The notes beneath the pieces are model-generated. The model had not been told where the DNA came from and did not search any database. It saw nothing but the letters and a program-made list of their open reading frames with translations. A DNA stretch of 64,000 nucleotides from Alphaproteobacteria bacterium (GTDB taxonomy: Bacteria; Pseudomonadota; Alphaproteobacteria; UBA2966), in the NCBI GenBank assembly GCA_964291395.2, contig OZ219858.1, forward strand, positions 32,001 to 96,000, written 5' to 3'. This document shows, in pieces, positions 59,438-64,000 of the stretch. Numbering within the stretch: the stretch's first letter is position 1; every line of letters starts with the position of its first letter. Made by a program: the position numbers and the translations under genes.

Positions 59438-59953
59438 TCAGGCCCTTCGCAGCGCCGTCCGAGCGATGCGGGCAAAAATCCAGACGACGCAGGGATAAGT
59501 GGCCAATGTCAGGGCCCCCTGCAGCGCCACCGGGCGCGGATCCACCAGGGCCACGAAATAGATGCAGGAAATCAACCAGCCGGTCATGGTTGTGCCGAGC
59601 ACGACGAGGGAGAAGCCGAACCATTCGACGGGAAAGGTCCGTCCCAGGAACGCCCGGCGCTGCGTGGAGACGAGGCCGTAAACGACGACCAGGATCAGCG
59701 CGAACAGGCCGAGCGGCCCACCCGTAAGACCATCCTGCGCCAGGCCGAGGACGAACACCACCGGCGCCGGCAACAGTTCCGGCCGGTAGATGCTCCAGTG
59801 ATAGACCGCCATCAACGCGAAGAAGGGCGTCACCTCGGGCAGTCCGGAGAGACCCATGGGTACCACCGAAACGAATACGGCGGCGAGTGTCAGCGCGCCC
59901 GGTGTCAGCAGACGCAGGCGGATACCGAAGCGGCGCCAGGTCAGGCTGTTCAT
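59438..59953 (-). CDS. mreD: Rod shape-determining protein MreD
   Basis: AVYHWSIYRP, LGLAQD.L.G.PLG; synteny. Confidence 0.93.
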   Translation of the reverse strand: MNSLTWRRFGIRLRLLTPGALTLAAVFVSVVPMGLSGLPEVTPFFALMAVYHWSIYRPELLPAPVVFVLGLAQDGLTGGPLGLFALILVVVYGLVSTQRRAFLGRTFPVEWFGFSLVVLGTTMTGWLISCIYFVALVDPRPVALQGALTLATYPCVVWIFARIARTALRRA

Positions 59954-60831
59954 CGCGGCGTCCGACCCCTTCTGGCGGCCACGCTGCGAGAGGGCGGACG
60001 GTCGAAGTCGTGCTTGACGATGCGCACGTAGTCGAGCCGCTGAAACTGGACGAAGGGCTGGACATAGGGCACGCCGTCCGCCACCGACGTGACCACGCCG
60101 ATGGGCAGTTCCGCGGGGAACACGCCACCATGACCCGACGTGACGACGCGGTCACCGGGGCCCAACTGCGCGCCTGCGGGGAGGTAGTTGAGCCGAAGGG
60201 CGTTCGAGTTGTCGCCTTCCAGCACGCCCCGATCGCGCGAAGGTTCGAGAACGGCGGGAACCCGCGAGTTGAGGTCGGTGATCAGGAGGATTCGGGAGGA
60301 CCTCAAGCCGACTTCAGCCACCCGTCCCACGAGGCCATCCCCGTTGATCGCCGCTTGTCCCTTGACGACACCGTCCCGACTGCCTGCGTTGAGCAGAATG
60401 GTGCGGACAAAGGGTCCTCCGGAATCACCGATCACCCGAGCCGAGACGAACGTCGAAGACGGGTCCACCCGCGCGTTGAGCAAAGCCGTCAGCCCCACGT
60501 GCTGCTGCTGCAGTCGAAGGGCAGTGGCCCGCCAGTGCTTGAGTCGCGCGTTCTCCTCCCGAAGCCGCGCGTTCTCGTCGTGCAGATGCACAAGGAACCT
60601 AGCCTCCTCCATGACGCGGCTGAACGTGATCGCGGGCCGTGACAGGACTTCGAGGACGGGCGATGCGGTGTCGAGCAAGACCGTTCGAAAACGTTCAACC
60701 GCTCCGGTGTTGGATTTGTTGAGCAGCATCAGGACCACCGCCGCGGCGGCGAGCAGAACAAACGCAAAGCGCTGGACCATGACCTTGCCGGACATGGCGT
60801 CCCGCTGAGTGTTGCCGCCCCGTTGTCTCAC
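59950..60831 (-). CDS. mreC: Rod shape-determining protein MreC
   Basis: ENARLREEN coiled coil, ARVIGD, GLVGRV, LITDLNSRVP, VTSGHGGVFP. Confidence 0.95.
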   Translation of the reverse strand: MRQRGGNTQRDAMSGKVMVQRFAFVLLAAAAVVLMLLNKSNTGAVERFRTVLLDTASPVLEVLSRPAITFSRVMEEARFLVHLHDENARLREENARLKHWRATALRLQQQHVGLTALLNARVDPSSTFVSARVIGDSGGPFVRTILLNAGSRDGVVKGQAAINGDGLVGRVAEVGLRSSRILLITDLNSRVPAVLEPSRDRGVLEGDNSNALRLNYLPAGAQLGPGDRVVTSGHGGVFPAELPIGVVTSVADGVPYVQPFVQFQRLDYVRIVKHDFDRPPSRSVAARRGRTPR

Positions 60832-60899
60832 CCGATCATCCCCCGCTATCCGCCTCCGGCCGATATTCCTAACCTACCGGCCGGGCGGGCGATTCGCAT

Positions 60900-60934
60900 C
60901 CATGGCGGTTCGAGTCGGGCTTGAACCGCCACGG
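60900..60934. repeat. REP-like palindrome copy 2
   Basis: CCATGGCGGTTCGAGTCGGGCTTGAACCGCCACGG, near-copy of 25998-26033. Confidence 0.7.
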
Positions 60935-61288
60935 AGGCCGCGACGCGGCCCGCCGGGGGAGAGGATCGGTGCCACACACGGACAAACGACAGATATGGAA
61001 ACCTGACGCGGTCGCCCTGAACCATGTTTCGCCAAATCGGCCACACGCTTCCCGCTCTACTTCAATATTCTACACGAACCTTGCAATACGTGCGAGTATA
61101 AAATCACCAATTAAGAAAATTTGTGGTGACTCCGGCACCGGTATCCACAGGCGGACAAACGACAGACACGGTGTCCACGAACACCCCCTCCCCCGCCCTG
61201 ACTCCCCGGGCGCGGAGCGGAAATCCGCCGTCACAGGCGAAAACGAATGTCGAATGTCGGAGCGATTCCAGTCGAACGGAAACCGCCC

Positions 61289-62332
<1,044 letters not shown>

Positions 62333-62403
62333 TCAGACTCCAGATCAGGGGGACGAACCACACCTCCGTCCCCCAATATTGACCACGGGCAGACGACCTC
62401 TCG

Positions 62404-63951
62404 TCAAGCGCTCAGCGCTATCGGTGCCGTCCTCTCCCTTTTGACCATCAGTTTGTTGAGCGCGTTTACATACGCCCGAGCCGAAGCCACGAGCGTATCG
62501 GTATCCGCCCCCTGTCCGTTCACGGTCTTACCCGCTTCTTCAAGCCGAACCGTTACTTCGGCCTGGGCGTCGGTGCCCTCGGTTACCGCATGCACTTGAT
62601 ACAACTGCAAATTCGCGTCGTGCGGCACCAATTCCTTGATCGCGTTGAAGGTTGCATCGACGGGCCCGTCCCCGGTCGACTTGGTCGACCTTATCTCGCC
62701 CTCGACGTCGAGCTCGAGCTCCGCCGTTTGCGGACCCCTTGAACCCGCGACGACGTAAAGAGAGACGAATCTGATCCGATCGTCTGCTCTCAGTTCGTCA
62801 TCGACGAGAGCGATGATATCTTCGTCGAAGACATCCTTCTTCTTATCTGCGAGGTCCTTGAAACGGCGAAAGGCGTCGTTGAGCGCATTGTCGCCCAGCT
62901 CAAACCCCAGCTCACGGAGCTTCTCGCGGAAGGCATGACGCCCCGAGTGCTTGCCCATCACGAGATTGGACTTGTTCAGTCCCACCGACTCCGGAGTCAT
63001 GATCTCGTAGGTACCGGCGTGCTTGAGCACCCCGTCCTGATGAATGCCGGCTTCGTGGGCGAAGGCGTTGGCACCAACGATCGCCTTGTTTGGCTGCACG
63101 GTGAAGCCGGTGATCGCTGCCACGAGGCGAGACGCCTTGGTGATGTTCTCGCTCTGGACCCCGGTGACGAAGGGCATGAGATCGTTGCGCGTTCGAAGCG
63201 CCATCACGATCTCCTCAAGAGCCGCGTTCCCGGCCCTCTCACCCAAGCCGTTGATCGTACATTCGACCTGACGCGCGCCGTTGGCGACGCCCGCCAAGGA
63301 GTTGGCGACCGCCAGTCCCAGATCGTTGTGGCAGTGAGTCGAAACCCGCGCCTTGTCGATGTTGGGCACCCGATCGAACAGCATGCGGATCAAGGCGCCG
63401 AACTCCTCCGGAATGGCGTAGCCAACGGTGTCCGGGATGTTGATCGTCGTCGCACCGGCCTTGATGGCAGACTCGACACAGCGGCACAGGAAATCGTGCT
63501 CCGTGCGCGTTCCGTCCTCGGGACTCCATTCAACGTCATCGGTGAAGGAGCGCGCGTAGGTCACGGAATCGACGACCGCCTCGTGCACGGCCTCGGACTC
63601 CATCTGGAGCTTGTATTTCATGTGCAGCGGGCTGGTGGACAGAAAGGTGTGGATCCGCATCCGTTCCGCCGGCTTCAACGCCTCGGCTGCCCGGTCGATG
63701 TCCTTCCGCCCAGCCCGCGCAAGACCGCAGATCACGGACTTCTTGACGACTTGGGCGATTTCGTGAACCGCCTCGAAATCGCCGTTGGAGGCGATGGGGA
63801 AGCCGGCCTCGATCACGTCGACACCCATCTCCTCCAGAACCTCCGCGAGACGCAGTTTCTCCTCAAGGTTCATGGAGGCGCCCGGTGATTGCTCACCGTC
63901 ACGCATGGTCGTGTCGAAAATCAGTACTTGGTTTGAATCCGTACCGGTCAT
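62404..63951 (-). CDS. leuA: 2-isopropylmalate synthase
   Basis: DTTMRDGEQ, HCHND.G, GERAGN, HEAGIHQDG, GKHSGR, regulatory domain GDGPVDA. Confidence 0.97.
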   Translation of the reverse strand: MTGTDSNQVLIFDTTMRDGEQSPGASMNLEEKLRLAEVLEEMGVDVIEAGFPIASNGDFEAVHEIAQVVKKSVICGLARAGRKDIDRAAEALKPAERMRIHTFLSTSPLHMKYKLQMESEAVHEAVVDSVTYARSFTDDVEWSPEDGTRTEHDFLCRCVESAIKAGATTINIPDTVGYAIPEEFGALIRMLFDRVPNIDKARVSTHCHNDLGLAVANSLAGVANGARQVECTINGLGERAGNAALEEIVMALRTRNDLMPFVTGVQSENITKASRLVAAITGFTVQPNKAIVGANAFAHEAGIHQDGVLKHAGTYEIMTPESVGLNKSNLVMGKHSGRHAFREKLRELGFELGDNALNDAFRRFKDLADKKKDVFDEDIIALVDDELRADDRIRFVSLYVVAGSRGPQTAELELDVEGEIRSTKSTGDGPVDATFNAIKELVPHDANLQLYQVHAVTEGTDAQAEVTVRLEEAGKTVNGQGADTDTLVASARAYVNALNKLMVKRERTAPIALSA

Positions 63952-64000
63952 GGTTTTCAGTCCTTCGAACTCTATTCGGGCTTGATTTGCAAGAAACCAC

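Noticed and set aside
61055-61125. AT-rich patch between mreB and mreC as a CtrA site or sRNA
   Set aside because: Only one TTAA half-site and no clear structure; probably an ordinary promoter

Overview
GC-rich bacterial DNA, most likely an alphaproteobacterium (Rhodospirillales-like; inferred from the leuA-mreBCD-mrdA-rodA-tRNA-Lys block at 56-64 kb). The first ~56 kb is dense with catabolic genes: coxMSL-like molybdo-hydroxylase, two Rieske dioxygenase alpha/beta pairs, amidases, hydantoinase/oxoprolinases, MhpB, GSTs, 2OG-Fe oxygenases and MFS transporters. Three things stand out. (1) Two genes split in the ORF track are best read as selenoproteins, each with an in-frame TGA at a catalytic Cys position and a SECIS-like hairpin: a peroxiredoxin-like protein (5160-5627) and a linalool dehydratase/isomerase-like protein (21118-22665), a family I do not know as a selenoprotein. 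(2) An archaeal-type group II chaperonin (thermosome) lies in a co-oriented cluster with an ABC importer, a CaaD-alpha-like tautomerase, a Tat-exported binding protein, a beta-propeller and SCO. (3) That ~8.6 kb cluster is bracketed by a duplicated MFS gene 3' end (74 bp identical core), which looks like an integration scar with no integrase. All family calls come from motif recognition and recall; no searches were run.
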